Notes under the pieces: generated by a model
Told to the model about the DNA's origin: nothing
Databases searched by the model: none
What the model saw: the letters and a program-made list of their open reading frames with translations, nothing else
DNA from: Candidatus Eiseniibacteriota bacterium
GTDB lineage: Bacteria > Eisenbacteria > RBG-16-71-46
Assembly (NCBI GenBank): GCA_044223005.1
Contig: JBGAML010000006.1
Coordinates: forward strand, 1-64,000
Direction: 5' to 3'
Length of the DNA: 64,000 bases
Shown: in pieces, positions 28,636 to 38,166 of the stretch
Position numbering within the stretch: position 1 is the first letter of the stretch
Layout of the letters: the number at the start of each line of letters is the position of its first letter
Translations under genes and position numbers: made by a program

Positions 28636-29370
28636 GTGTGCACGCTGGTGTTCGGGCGGGACGTGTTCGGTCCCGGGACGATCGTGCTCGCGACCAACCG
28701 CGACGAGGACCCCGCGCGCGGCAGCGAGGGGCCGCAGGTGCTGCGCGACGCGCCGCGGATCGCGGGCGGGCGCGACCGCGTGGCGGGCGGCACGTGGCTG
28801 GCGCTGCGCGCGCCGGCGGCGGGGCGTCCCGCGGGCGTCGCGATGCTGCTCAACCGGCGCGATCCGGACCCGGGCGCGCCGGGCCGCCGCTCGCGCGGCC
28901 TGCTGACGCTCGACGTCGCGGCCGCGGACGATCCGCTCGTGTGCGCGCGCGCCGAAGCAGCGACCGGGCGCTACGCGCCCTGCTCGCTCGTGTGGCTCGC
29001 GCCGGACGCGGCGTGGCTGCTGGCGATCCGTGCCGGTGAGCCGGCCACGGTGGAGCCGATCGCACCGGGCTGGCACGCGCTCTCACACTTCGAACTGGAC
29101 GATCCGGCCGACGCGCGCACGGCATGGCTCGCCGAACGGCTGCGCGCGTTCGCGCCCGCGGACCGCGAGGCGGCCGAGCGCGGGCTGCACGCGCTGGTCA
29201 CCGCGCACGGCGAGGGCGGGACGCCCGCCGTGTGCCTGCACGCGGGCCGCGCGCCGACGGTGTCGTCGGCGCGCGTCGCGATCGATCCCGCCGGCGTGCG
29301 CTGGGCGCACGCGCCGGGGCCGCCGTGCACGACGCCGTTCGCGGACGCGTCGGGGCTGCTCGCGCCCTGA
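28636..29370 (+). CDS. NRDE/TANGO2-family protein
   Basis: MCT N-terminus; NRDE; GGRD...GGTWL; SRGLL; TVSS. Confidence 0.88.
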   Translation: MCTLVFGRDVFGPGTIVLATNRDEDPARGSEGPQVLRDAPRIAGGRDRVAGGTWLALRAPAAGRPAGVAMLLNRRDPDPGAPGRRSRGLLTLDVAAADDPLVCARAEAATGRYAPCSLVWLAPDAAWLLAIRAGEPATVEPIAPGWHALSHFELDDPADARTAWLAERLRAFAPADREAAERGLHALVTAHGEGGTPAVCLHAGRAPTVSSARVAIDPAGVRWAHAPGPPCTTPFADASGLLAP

Positions 29371-29388
29371 CGCGTCCGTCCGGCGGCG

Positions 29389-30705
29389 TCAGCGGACGAA
29401 GACGATCGCCTGGCTCTCGTTGCGGCCGAGGCCGGCGAAGCGCACGCGGTAGACACCGGCGCGCAGCATCCGGCCGTCGTCGTCGCGCCCGTCCCACGTG
29501 AGCTCGTGCGGTCCCGAGCCGACCTCGGCGTCCGCGAGCGTGCGCAACCGGCGTCCGCTCACGTCGTAGATGCCGACCTGCACGCGGCCGGCGGCCGGCG
29601 CGACGTAGCGGAGAGTCGTGGCGTCGCGGAACGGGTTGGGACGTGCGGGGGCGAGCAGCGCGCCCCGCTGCGGCGGCAGCTGCTCGTCGGCGGAGAGCAG
29701 CGCGAGGTTGGGCAGGTCGTTGGCGTCGATCGCCTGCGTCGGGAAGAGGTCGATCGAGTCGGCGCGTGCGTGCGCGATCAACGTGTCGGCGAACGCGGCC
29801 ATCTTCTGCAGCGTGGTGTCCTGTTCCACCCACGCGAAGAAGTTCGCCACGCGCTGCGCGCGCAGGGCATCGGCTGCGCGCTGCGGACCCGCCGCGCCGA
29901 AGACGTACGGGAACAGCAGGCCGCCGCTGTAGAGCGCCTGGTAGGCGTTCAGCGTGTGCTGCGGCGCGAGCCCGAGGCTGTCCCAGCCGCCGCCGTTGAT
30001 GCCGTCGCCGGACACCCAGCTGTAGTACGAGTTGCCCGCGATGCGCTGGCTGCCCTCGGGCGAGCCGGGATTGTCCTTGTTGAGCTGGTCGTGCGTGTAG
30101 CCGCCGGCCGGGGCGCCGGCGATGTAGAAACCGGTCTGCAGCGAGCCGTTGCCGGTGAGGTTCGCGTTGTGCCACGAGTAGAGTGCATACGGCTGTCCCT
30201 GCCAGGTGAAGAGATTGATGGGGCCGATCGGCGGGATGTTGATCTCGAACCACGTCGAGTGCGCGTAGAAGTCCTGCGTCGTGTGCAGTGCCTTGCCGAA
30301 CGCGATGAGCGCGCGGCCCGCGGTGAGCCAGTCGCCCGGCGGCGCCTCGACGCCGGCCTGCGCGATGGCCATGCGGTCGTTGACGCGGTAGATGCTCTCG
30401 TCGAGCAGGTTGTTGTCGAAGTGGTCGGCGCCGAACTGGGAGAGCTGCCCGGGCAGCGGCTGGCAGGCCCGCGGTGCGAAGTCGCAATAGCAGCTCGGAA
30501 TGCAGTCCTGGATGTCCGGAAGCATCGCGCCGAAGGCGATGATGCCGCGGGCGACGGCGCCCACGCCTCGGTAGCCGAGCACCGTGTAGGTCATCGCGGC
30601 GTGCCGTTGCAGGTCGAACGTCGACGCGGGCCGGGGCACGACGCAGAAGACGAACGCGGCGAGCGCGAGCACGCGCGTCGCGACGCGACGGGGAACGAGG
30701 GGCAT
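29389..30705 (-). CDS. Secreted HET-C/VWA7-N-like (zinc phospholipase C-like) protein with C-terminal FlgD-Ig domain
   Basis: Signal peptide; HFDNN; GKALHTTQDFYAHSTW; LNKD; tail PNPF...YDVSGRRLR...WDGRD...AGVY. Confidence 0.75.
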   Translation of the reverse strand: MPLVPRRVATRVLALAAFVFCVVPRPASTFDLQRHAAMTYTVLGYRGVGAVARGIIAFGAMLPDIQDCIPSCYCDFAPRACQPLPGQLSQFGADHFDNNLLDESIYRVNDRMAIAQAGVEAPPGDWLTAGRALIAFGKALHTTQDFYAHSTWFEINIPPIGPINLFTWQGQPYALYSWHNANLTGNGSLQTGFYIAGAPAGGYTHDQLNKDNPGSPEGSQRIAGNSYYSWVSGDGINGGGWDSLGLAPQHTLNAYQALYSGGLLFPYVFGAAGPQRAADALRAQRVANFFAWVEQDTTLQKMAAFADTLIAHARADSIDLFPTQAIDANDLPNLALLSADEQLPPQRGALLAPARPNPFRDATTLRYVAPAAGRVQVGIYDVSGRRLRTLADAEVGSGPHELTWDGRDDDGRMLRAGVYRVRFAGLGRNESQAIVFVR

Positions 30706-30862
30706 GGCGGCCTCCGGGGCAGGAGTGGGGTGCGGTCGTGGTCCGCACCCCGGACGCTAGTGCGCGCGCCCGGCCGGCGCCAGAGCCGAACGAGCCCGGA
30801 CGGACCGCGGAAGGCCGGTCCGTTCGGGCCCGCTCAACGCCCGGAGCCGGTGTGCGGCCCGC

Positions 30863-33697
30863 TCAGCGGAACGTGTAGGTGAACACGGCCTGCGTGTAGC
30901 GGCCGAGCGCCTGGTCGCGGGTGTCCTGCACGTAGGACTCGGTCACCGAGCGGCTCACGCTGGCATCCTGCTGCAGGGCGTCGGTCATGGTGACGCGGAA
31001 CTCGCCGCGATTGTCCTTGAGGAACTTCTTGCCGAGCGTCGTGTTCCACAGCACGGCGTTCTTGCCATAGCTGCTCGCGACGCCACTCTGCAGGCTGTGG
31101 TTCAGCTCTTCGCGGACCACGATGCCGTGCGGGGCGATGCCGTTGAAGCGCACGCCGAGGACGTGCGAGTAGTAGTCGCCCGTGGTGCTCGTGCTGAGCG
31201 AATTGCGCGACACGTTCCACGTGCCCTGGTAGGACACCGTGAAGTCGAGGTTCGGGCTGACGTTGCTCGCGAACGTGACGCCCGCGCGCGGCGCCCACGT
31301 CTTCGCCACGTTGAGACCGGCCGCGACCCGGGTCGGCGTCTGCGTGTAGCTGCCGCCGGCGTTCAGGCTGACGATGCTCTTCAGCCACTGGACGGGCCGG
31401 CTGTAGACGCCGAACAGGTTGCCGCTCCAGGAGACGTCGAGATTGACCGGCAGCGTGAGCTGCGTGCCGCGGGCGAGCGCGATGCCCTGGATCACCGTGT
31501 CACGGGTGGCGACGACCGTCGCGTTGGCGATCGGGTCCGACGTGCGCGACACGTTCAGGAACACGAAGCGGCTCTTCGAGTGCATCGGGTCGGCCTCCGA
31601 CCAGCGCACCGACACGGTGTTGCTGTGGGACGCCCGCAGGTCGGGATTGCCCGCCGTGAGCGCGAGCGGGTTCGAGCGGTCGACCACGTTCTGGAGCTGG
31701 CTGATGCTCGGCGTGTTCGTGCTGGTGTTCCACTGCACGCGCAGGTTGCGGCGGTTCGCGAACGAACCGTTGAGCTGCATCGACGGCAGCAGGTCGGTGA
31801 ACGACTGGTCGACGCGGCGGGTCGCCGGGAAGGTCTGCTCCGATTCCAGGCGCAGGTCCTGCCAGGCGAGGTTCGACAGCCAGCGCCACAGGCCCTTGGA
31901 CCACAGCACGGCGGCGCCCACGTTCTGCACGGTGCTGGTGGTCGCGAACGAGTTCGACTGCCCGCTGTCGGGCAGGTCGTAGACGCCGGTCGCGATGTCG
32001 TAGGCGTTCGCGCGGGCGTCGGAGTGGCTGTGCGCGACGGACGGGCTCCACGTGAGCTGGCCCTGGAGGTGCGGCACCAGCGGCTGCGTGTAGGCGACGC
32101 GCGTCGCGAAGGAGTTCGTGACGCTGTGCGACTTCGAGACGAGGTCGAGCGTGTCGCTCACGGCGGGCACCGAGCCGACGTAGTCCGTGAGCGAGTACTG
32201 GCCGCGGTCGTTGTTGCGCAGCGTGTGCCCGAACGAGAGGTCCGCGGAGAGGTTACGGCCGCGCTGCGCGAAACGGTGGCGGAGCGTGAGCCGGTTCGTG
32301 AAGTTGTTGCCGTGCGTGTCCGAGTTCGTCCGGTTGTCCGACTGCGCCTGCGGCGTCCCGAGCAGGCTGCTGTAGCCCGCCGAGCCCGAGGTCACCGAGC
32401 GGTTGGCCTGCCAGTAGAGCCGCGGAGCGAGGATCACCGAGTTCGCCGAGTCGGGCGTCCACTCGAGCTTCGCGTCGACGCGCTGGTTGGCGTTGCGGTT
32501 CGCGGAGTTCGTCGTCTGGCCGTAGCCGAGCGTCGAGTCCTGCGGCGGGACGTACGTGCGCAGGAGCGACTGCAGGTCGTCGTTGCGTGCCTGGTTGACG
32601 AAGACGCTGCCCGAGAGGTCGACCCGCTTGCCGAGCGGCGTCGTCAGGTTCAGCCCGCCCGAGTGCGTCGTCGTGAGCCCGCCCTGCTGGCCGACGAAGA
32701 AGTTGCTCGGATCGAAGCCGCTGCCCAGGCCGCCGCCGCCCATGTGGAACACCTGCGGGCCGGGGCCGCCGCCACCGGGACGCGGGCCGCCGAACATCAT
32801 CATGCGCGGGCCGCCGCCACCCCCGCCGCCGCCGGTCATGGCTCCGAAGAGGTCCTGCGGCGAGAAGTTCTGCTGGTTCACGTTGTTCGACATCCCGATC
32901 ACCGTGAGGCGCGACGCGCCGTGGATCACCGAGGCGTTGCCGCCCGCCTGGTAGCGCTCCTGGTCGCCGCCGCCGCCGTACACCTTGCCGAACTTCGCGC
33001 GCCGGTCGCGCAGCAGGAAGTTCATGGTCTTCTGCGACTGGCCGTCGTCGAAGCCGCTGAACTCGGCCTGGTCGCTCATCTTGTCGAACACCTGGATGCG
33101 GTCGACGACGTCGGCGGGAAGGTTGCGCATCGCGGCGGTGGGATCGCTGCCGAAGAAGGGCTTGCCGTTGACGAGCACCTGCTGCACCTGCTCGCCGTTC
33201 ACCTTGACCGTGCCGCTCTCGACCGTGACGCCGGGCAGCTTCTGCACGAGGTCCTCGGCGGTGGCGTCCGGGTTCGTGCGCACCGCGCCCGCGCGGTACT
33301 CGGTGGTGTCGGCCCGCACGACCGCGGGCGGCGGGGATTCGTGCACGGTGATGCCGCGCACGTTCACCGCCTCGGGCGCGAGCTGCAGCAACCCGAGGTC
33401 CTGCCCGACCTTCTGAGCCCGCACGACCGTGCGCAACGGCGCGTAGCCGACGCGCGTGGCGACCAGCCGGTAGCCGCGCGTCTGCAGCCCGGCCACCTCG
33501 AACGTGCCGTCGTCGCGCCCGGTGGCGCGGTGCACGTCGCTCGTGTCGGCGAGGTTCGTCAGCACGATCCGCACCTGCGGCACGCCCGCGCCGCTGGTGG
33601 GATCCACGAACTTGCCGCGCAGGCTGGCCACGTCGGCGCGCGCGAGGGGCGCGAGGAGGAGCAGGGCGGCGAGCGCGGCGGAGACGCGAACGGGCAT
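30863..33697 (-). CDS. Outer-membrane beta-barrel / TonB-dependent-receptor-like protein with N-terminal carboxypeptidase-regulatory-like domain
   Basis: Signal peptide; DTTEY; EDLVQKLPGV; VNGKPFF; NLPAD; C-terminal FTYTFR. Confidence 0.88.
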   Translation of the reverse strand: MPVRVSAALAALLLLAPLARADVASLRGKFVDPTSGAGVPQVRIVLTNLADTSDVHRATGRDDGTFEVAGLQTRGYRLVATRVGYAPLRTVVRAQKVGQDLGLLQLAPEAVNVRGITVHESPPPAVVRADTTEYRAGAVRTNPDATAEDLVQKLPGVTVESGTVKVNGEQVQQVLVNGKPFFGSDPTAAMRNLPADVVDRIQVFDKMSDQAEFSGFDDGQSQKTMNFLLRDRRAKFGKVYGGGGDQERYQAGGNASVIHGASRLTVIGMSNNVNQQNFSPQDLFGAMTGGGGGGGGPRMMMFGGPRPGGGGPGPQVFHMGGGGLGSGFDPSNFFVGQQGGLTTTHSGGLNLTTPLGKRVDLSGSVFVNQARNDDLQSLLRTYVPPQDSTLGYGQTTNSANRNANQRVDAKLEWTPDSANSVILAPRLYWQANRSVTSGSAGYSSLLGTPQAQSDNRTNSDTHGNNFTNRLTLRHRFAQRGRNLSADLSFGHTLRNNDRGQYSLTDYVGSVPAVSDTLDLVSKSHSVTNSFATRVAYTQPLVPHLQGQLTWSPSVAHSHSDARANAYDIATGVYDLPDSGQSNSFATTSTVQNVGAAVLWSKGLWRWLSNLAWQDLRLESEQTFPATRRVDQSFTDLLPSMQLNGSFANRRNLRVQWNTSTNTPSISQLQNVVDRSNPLALTAGNPDLRASHSNTVSVRWSEADPMHSKSRFVFLNVSRTSDPIANATVVATRDTVIQGIALARGTQLTLPVNLDVSWSGNLFGVYSRPVQWLKSIVSLNAGGSYTQTPTRVAAGLNVAKTWAPRAGVTFASNVSPNLDFTVSYQGTWNVSRNSLSTSTTGDYYSHVLGVRFNGIAPHGIVVREELNHSLQSGVASSYGKNAVLWNTTLGKKFLKDNRGEFRVTMTDALQQDASVSRSVTESYVQDTRDQALGRYTQAVFTYTFR

Positions 33698-33940
33698 GAG
33701 GATCCTCAGGGGAGAGCGGTCGAGCGGGGCAGGGTACCCCACGGAGGGACGAACGATCACGCGGCCGGGTCCGGGGCGCCGCGTGATCCGGGCACTCGGA
33801 CAGTCCCGCGCGCGTCGCGGTTGGCGCGGCGCGCGACGTCCGTGGCCGAATCGCCGACGGACGCGGCGTTCGCGCCGGTTTCGCGTGCGGGGCGGGTACT
33901 CGACTTCCGTTCGCCGACGGGCTGCCGCATGCTGCGCCGC

Positions 33941-34822
33941 ATGCACGATCCGGCTCCCATCGCCGTCGGGCTCGCGGGCGCGGGCCCGTGGGCCGCGAAA
34001 GCGTACGCACCGATGCTCGCCGCCGGCCCCGAGACGCGTCTCGCCGGCGTCTGGAGCCCGGGCGGCGCGTCGGCCGCGGCGCTCGCCGCGGCGCACGGGG
34101 TGCCGGCGGCGCCGACGTTCGAGGCGCTGCTCGCGGAGTGCGACGCCGTGGCATTCGCGATCCCGCCCGACGCGCAGGCGGAACTGGCGGGCCAGGCGGC
34201 GCGCGCGGGGCGCGCGCTGCTGCTCGACAAGCCGCTGGCGCTAGATCTCGCGGCGGCGGAGCGGCTCGCCGGCGAGGTCGAGCGCGCGGGTGTGGTGACG
34301 CAGCTCATGCTGACGCATCGCTACCGGCGCGCGACGCGGGAGTTCCTCGAACGGGCCCGCGGGTTCGCGGCGATCGGGGCGCGCGTGGCGTTCGTGTCGG
34401 GCGCGTTCGTGAGCGGGCCCTACGCCAACGCGTGGCGGCGCGAGCACGGCGCGCTCCACGATCTCGGGCCGCACGCGTTCGACCTGCTCGAAGCGGCGAT
34501 GGGCCCGATCGAGGCGATCACGGGAGCGGGCGACCCGCGCCGGTGGGTGACGCTCGCCTGCACGCACGCGAGCGGCGCGGTGAGCGAGCTCTCGCTCACG
34601 GGCGTGGTCGAGCTGCCGAAGACGGTGTTCCGGCTCGATCTCTACGGGCCGCAGGGTACGCTCGCCTTCGACGCCGTCGCGGCCTCCGCCGAGGAGCCGT
34701 GGGCCGCCGCGCGCGCCACGTTCGCGGGGGCGGTGCGGAGCGGCCGCTCGCCGGAGTGCGACGTGCATCGCGGCGTGCGGCTGCAGTCGCTTCTCGAGCG
34801 CGCCCGGCTCGCGCTTCGCTGA
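33941..34822 (+). CDS. Gfo/Idh/MocA-family oxidoreductase
   Basis: VGLAGAGPWA; DKPLA; GALHDLGPHAFD. Confidence 0.87.
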   Translation: MHDPAPIAVGLAGAGPWAAKAYAPMLAAGPETRLAGVWSPGGASAAALAAAHGVPAAPTFEALLAECDAVAFAIPPDAQAELAGQAARAGRALLLDKPLALDLAAAERLAGEVERAGVVTQLMLTHRYRRATREFLERARGFAAIGARVAFVSGAFVSGPYANAWRREHGALHDLGPHAFDLLEAAMGPIEAITGAGDPRRWVTLACTHASGAVSELSLTGVVELPKTVFRLDLYGPQGTLAFDAVAASAEEPWAAARATFAGAVRSGRSPECDVHRGVRLQSLLERARLALR

Positions 34823-34831
34823 GCGGACGCG

Positions 34832-35578
34832 TCAGTCCGTCGCGATCGTCTCGTCGAGCGTGCTCATCACCTCGCGCGCGCAATCCGGGCAGTAGCCGTG
34901 CGAGAAGTTGGCGTCGCTGCGGTCGCGCACGTAGACCTCGATCGGCTGCCATTCCCCGCGATCGTCCCGGACGCGCTTGCAGTTGACGCAGATCGACAGG
35001 ATCCCGCGCAGGGTCTTGATCTCGCGCATCGCCTTCTCGAGCCGGTCCGCGCGATCGTTCGCGATCTCCAGGAGCCGCGCGTTCTCGATCACGAGTGGAT
35101 CGAACGCGGGCGCATCGTCGCTCGTGCGCGGGGTCAGGGCGTAACGCGAGCGCACGACGTCGTGCTCCAGGTCGAACTCCTTCTCCAGCAGCTCGACGTC
35201 GATCCGGTTCCGTCCGGCCACGTACTGCAGGCACAGGTTGAGCGGGCAGGCGAGGAAGGGATTCGCGATCTCCTCGTGCAGCCGCCGGTAGGCGTCGGCG
35301 CCGTAGAGACCGTGCCACACGAAGTCGGGCCCGCGTTCGGTCTCCGTGAGTTCGACCTCGCGTGCGAAGCCGTTCGCGACGAAGAGCTCGATCATCCGCT
35401 TGAGGTCGCCGGGATCGCCGTGTTCGTCGATCGCGAATCCGCGTTCCCCGAGGTACTCGGTCAGCTCCTTGCCGACTTCCCGCAGCACCGCACCCTGGGC
35501 GAACGCGTTGTACTTGGACAAGACGCGGCCGAACGCCACCAGCATGCCTTCGTAGAGAGCCTTCTCGAACTCGCGCAT
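34832..35578 (-). CDS. Hypothetical signalling protein: V4R-like N-domain plus Cys4 zinc-type C-terminal domain
   Basis: GGAG RBS; ACPLNLC; EIKTLRGILSICVNCKRVRD...W...Y...SHGYCPDC. Confidence 0.75.
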   Translation of the reverse strand: MREFEKALYEGMLVAFGRVLSKYNAFAQGAVLREVGKELTEYLGERGFAIDEHGDPGDLKRMIELFVANGFAREVELTETERGPDFVWHGLYGADAYRRLHEEIANPFLACPLNLCLQYVAGRNRIDVELLEKEFDLEHDVVRSRYALTPRTSDDAPAFDPLVIENARLLEIANDRADRLEKAMREIKTLRGILSICVNCKRVRDDRGEWQPIEVYVRDRSDANFSHGYCPDCAREVMSTLDETIATD

Positions 35579-35802
35579 CGACACTCCGGCGAGGGGGACC
35601 GGCGCGCGACGGACACGGTGCGGGGGACACCAGGCCGCGAGGAACGTCACACGCCCGATGTTGCGAGGATAGGTCCGCGAGCGACTGCGAACAACGTCGC
35701 AGGGGCGGCGTACTCCCGGCGGCGGACGCCGCCACGCCGCGAGACGCCCGTCGCGGTGACGGCCGCCGTACCGTCGCGTGACGGCCGTCAGGCGGACCCG
35801 CG

Positions 35803-36162
35803 TCAGCGCTCCGATATGGCTCCCACGGCGCCCGCATGCGCCTTTTCCCACTGCTCGATCGCTTCCTCGAGCTCCTCGATGCTCTCGTGCGTACCCGTCC
35901 GGCGGAGCGCCGCGAGCTGCACGCGTGCGCCGGCGACGTCGTTGGTCTCCAGCAGGCCTTCGCCGTAGTACTCGAGCGCCAGCGCGAAGTCCGGCTTGAG
36001 GCGCAGGGCCGTGCGGTACGCCGCGAACGCCCCGGGGTAGTCGCCGAGCTTGCGCGAGCTGAAGCCGACGAGGTTCCACGCCTCCGCCGACGTGCTGTCG
36101 TACTCGACCGCCTCCCGGCTGCGGTCGAGCGCGAGCAGTGGTGCCAGACGGACGAGTCGCAT
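35803..36162 (-). CDS. Short TPR protein (possibly truncated)
   Basis: GGGAGG RBS; AEAWNLVG...YRTALRLKPDFALALEYYGE. Confidence 0.65.
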   Translation of the reverse strand: MRLVRLAPLLALDRSREAVEYDSTSAEAWNLVGFSSRKLGDYPGAFAAYRTALRLKPDFALALEYYGEGLLETNDVAGARVQLAALRRTGTHESIEELEEAIEQWEKAHAGAVGAISER

Positions 36163-36325
36163 GGAACCTCCCAGGGGGTGTGGCCGGAATACGGGGCCGC
36201 GGAAAGCGTGTGACCCGGAGGGGAAAGGACTCGTGCGCGACGAGTGGCCCGGCTATCCTCGTGGGGATCGTTCGGTGGCCACCGGGTGTCGCCACCGCCC
36301 CACGCCCGATCCGGGAGACCGCCCC

Positions 36326-37465
36326 TTGCTCCGACATCGGTTCGCCTTCCTGCTCCTGCTGCTCGCCGCAGGCGGCCCCGGTCCGGTGCACGCGACGCCG
36401 GCGTGCGACCACGTGATGGTGATCGTGATGGAGAACCATCCGTACGACACCATGGTGGCGCTGCCTTTCGTGACCTCGCTCGCGGCTCAGGGCGCCCTGT
36501 TCACCGAGTCGTACGCGATCACGCATCCCTCCGAGCCCAACTACCACACGCTGTGGTCGGCGGCGCTGCAGGCCGAGACGAGCGACGGTTGCCCGGCCGC
36601 GGGCTCGCCCTACTTCGGCGAGAATCTCGGCCACGCGTGCGAAGTCGCGGGCCGGCGCTGGCGCGCGTACCTCGAGAACCTGCCCGGGCCCGGCGATCCG
36701 GTGTGCAACGCGGATGGCTCGCTGTACGCGCGGCGGCATGCCCCGTGGACGGACTTCGGGAACGTCACCCAGGCCAACGCGCGCCCGTTCGGCGATCTCG
36801 CGAACGACATCGCGAACGACTCGCTGCCGGCGCTGGCGTTCGTGATCCCGAACAACTGCGACAACATGCACGACTGCTCGCCCGCGACGGGGCAGTCGTG
36901 GCTCGCCGGGCACGTCCCCGGCTGGCTGCAGGCGCTGGGCCCGCGCGGGCTGCTCATCCTCACGTGGGACGAGGACGACTACGCGGGTACGAACCACATC
37001 TGCACGGTGTTCGCCGGCGGTGTCGTCCAGCCGGCCTCGGTGTGCACGCGGACCATCACGCACTACACGGTGGTCCGAACGGTGTGCGAGGCCCTCGGCC
37101 TCGCGCCGTTCGCCAACGCCGCGACCGACAGCTCGATCACGGGCATCTGGGCGGACACCACGACGACGCTGCACGTGCCGCCCGCCGCGGCGACGGTGGC
37201 GCTGGGTCCCGTGCACCCGAATCCCTCGCGCGACGCCGCGAGCGCGCGGCTCACGCTGTCCTCGCCGCGATTCGTGCAGGCGGCGGTCGTGGACCTCGCG
37301 GGACGGCGCGTGCGCACGCTCGCGAGCGGGACGTACACGGGCACGCTGGCGCTCGCGTGGGACGGTCGCGACGAGGCGGGCCGCGCGGTGGCGCCGGGCG
37401 CATACCGGCTCGCGGTCACGGCCGGGAGCGAACGCTTCTCGCGCCTGCTCGTCCGGCTGCGCTGA
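36326..37465 (+). CDS. Secreted phosphoesterase (acid phosphatase/PLC family) with C-terminal FlgD-Ig domain
   Basis: TTG start after GGAG; HVMVIVMENH; HPSEPNY; NMHD; LTWDE; tail PNP...DLAGRRVRTL...WDGRD...PGAY. Confidence 0.85.
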   Translation: MLRHRFAFLLLLLAAGGPGPVHATPACDHVMVIVMENHPYDTMVALPFVTSLAAQGALFTESYAITHPSEPNYHTLWSAALQAETSDGCPAAGSPYFGENLGHACEVAGRRWRAYLENLPGPGDPVCNADGSLYARRHAPWTDFGNVTQANARPFGDLANDIANDSLPALAFVIPNNCDNMHDCSPATGQSWLAGHVPGWLQALGPRGLLILTWDEDDYAGTNHICTVFAGGVVQPASVCTRTITHYTVVRTVCEALGLAPFANAATDSSITGIWADTTTTLHVPPAAATVALGPVHPNPSRDAASARLTLSSPRFVQAAVVDLAGRRVRTLASGTYTGTLALAWDGRDEAGRAVAPGAYRLAVTAGSERFSRLLVRLR

Positions 37466-37538
37466 CACGCGGCCGGGCGACCGCTACGATGGGCGGCGTC
37501 CTCCCCGGCCGCGTCCCCGTCACCGATTCGAGGTTCCC

Positions 37539-38132
37539 ATGAAACGCCTCGCCGCCTTGTTCGCCGCGCTCGCCGCGGTGTCGCTGCTGCTCGTCCTGCC
37601 CGGTTGCGCCACGCTGCAGGAGATGGCCGCGGTCCGTTCGCTCGCGTTCGCGTTCACCGGCGTCTCCGACGTGCGGCTCGCGGGCATCGCCATCGGTCCC
37701 GGCACGAGCTTCGCCACGATCGGCGTCGGCGATGCCGCCCGGCTCGGCGCGGCCGTGGCCACGCGCCAGGTGCCGATCGAGCTGGTCGCGCACGTGGGCG
37801 CCACGAACCCGGCCGAAAACCACGTGCCCGCGCGGCTCGCGCACCTGGACTGGACGCTGTTCGTGGACCAGAAGCAGGCGCTCGCGGGCGCGGTGGCGGA
37901 TCCGGTGATGGTGCAGCCGGGACGTACGGCGGACGTGCCGATCGCGGTGCGCTTCGACCTGCTCCAGTTCGCCAACGGCGGCGCCCGCGACCTGTTCGAC
38001 CTGGCGCTGGCGATCTCGGGTCACGGCGCGACGAAGAAGGACGTGCGGCTGGAACTGGTGCCGACCGTCGACACGTCGCTGGGGCCCATCCGCTACCCGC
38101 AGCCGATCGTCGTCCACCGCGCGGCGAACTGA
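37539..38132 (+). CDS. LEA type 2/WHy-domain lipoprotein
   Basis: LPGC lipobox; NPAEN; LDWTLF; VPIAV. Confidence 0.75.
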   Translation: MKRLAALFAALAAVSLLLVLPGCATLQEMAAVRSLAFAFTGVSDVRLAGIAIGPGTSFATIGVGDAARLGAAVATRQVPIELVAHVGATNPAENHVPARLAHLDWTLFVDQKQALAGAVADPVMVQPGRTADVPIAVRFDLLQFANGGARDLFDLALAISGHGATKKDVRLELVPTVDTSLGPIRYPQPIVVHRAAN

Positions 38133-38166
38133 GCGCGCGGCGGACGCGACGGATCGGGGAGGGCGT

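Noticed and set aside
34832..37468. 878-aa minus-strand ORF
   Set aside because: Only the last 248 aa (from 35578) look like protein; the rest is antisense to the phosphoesterase
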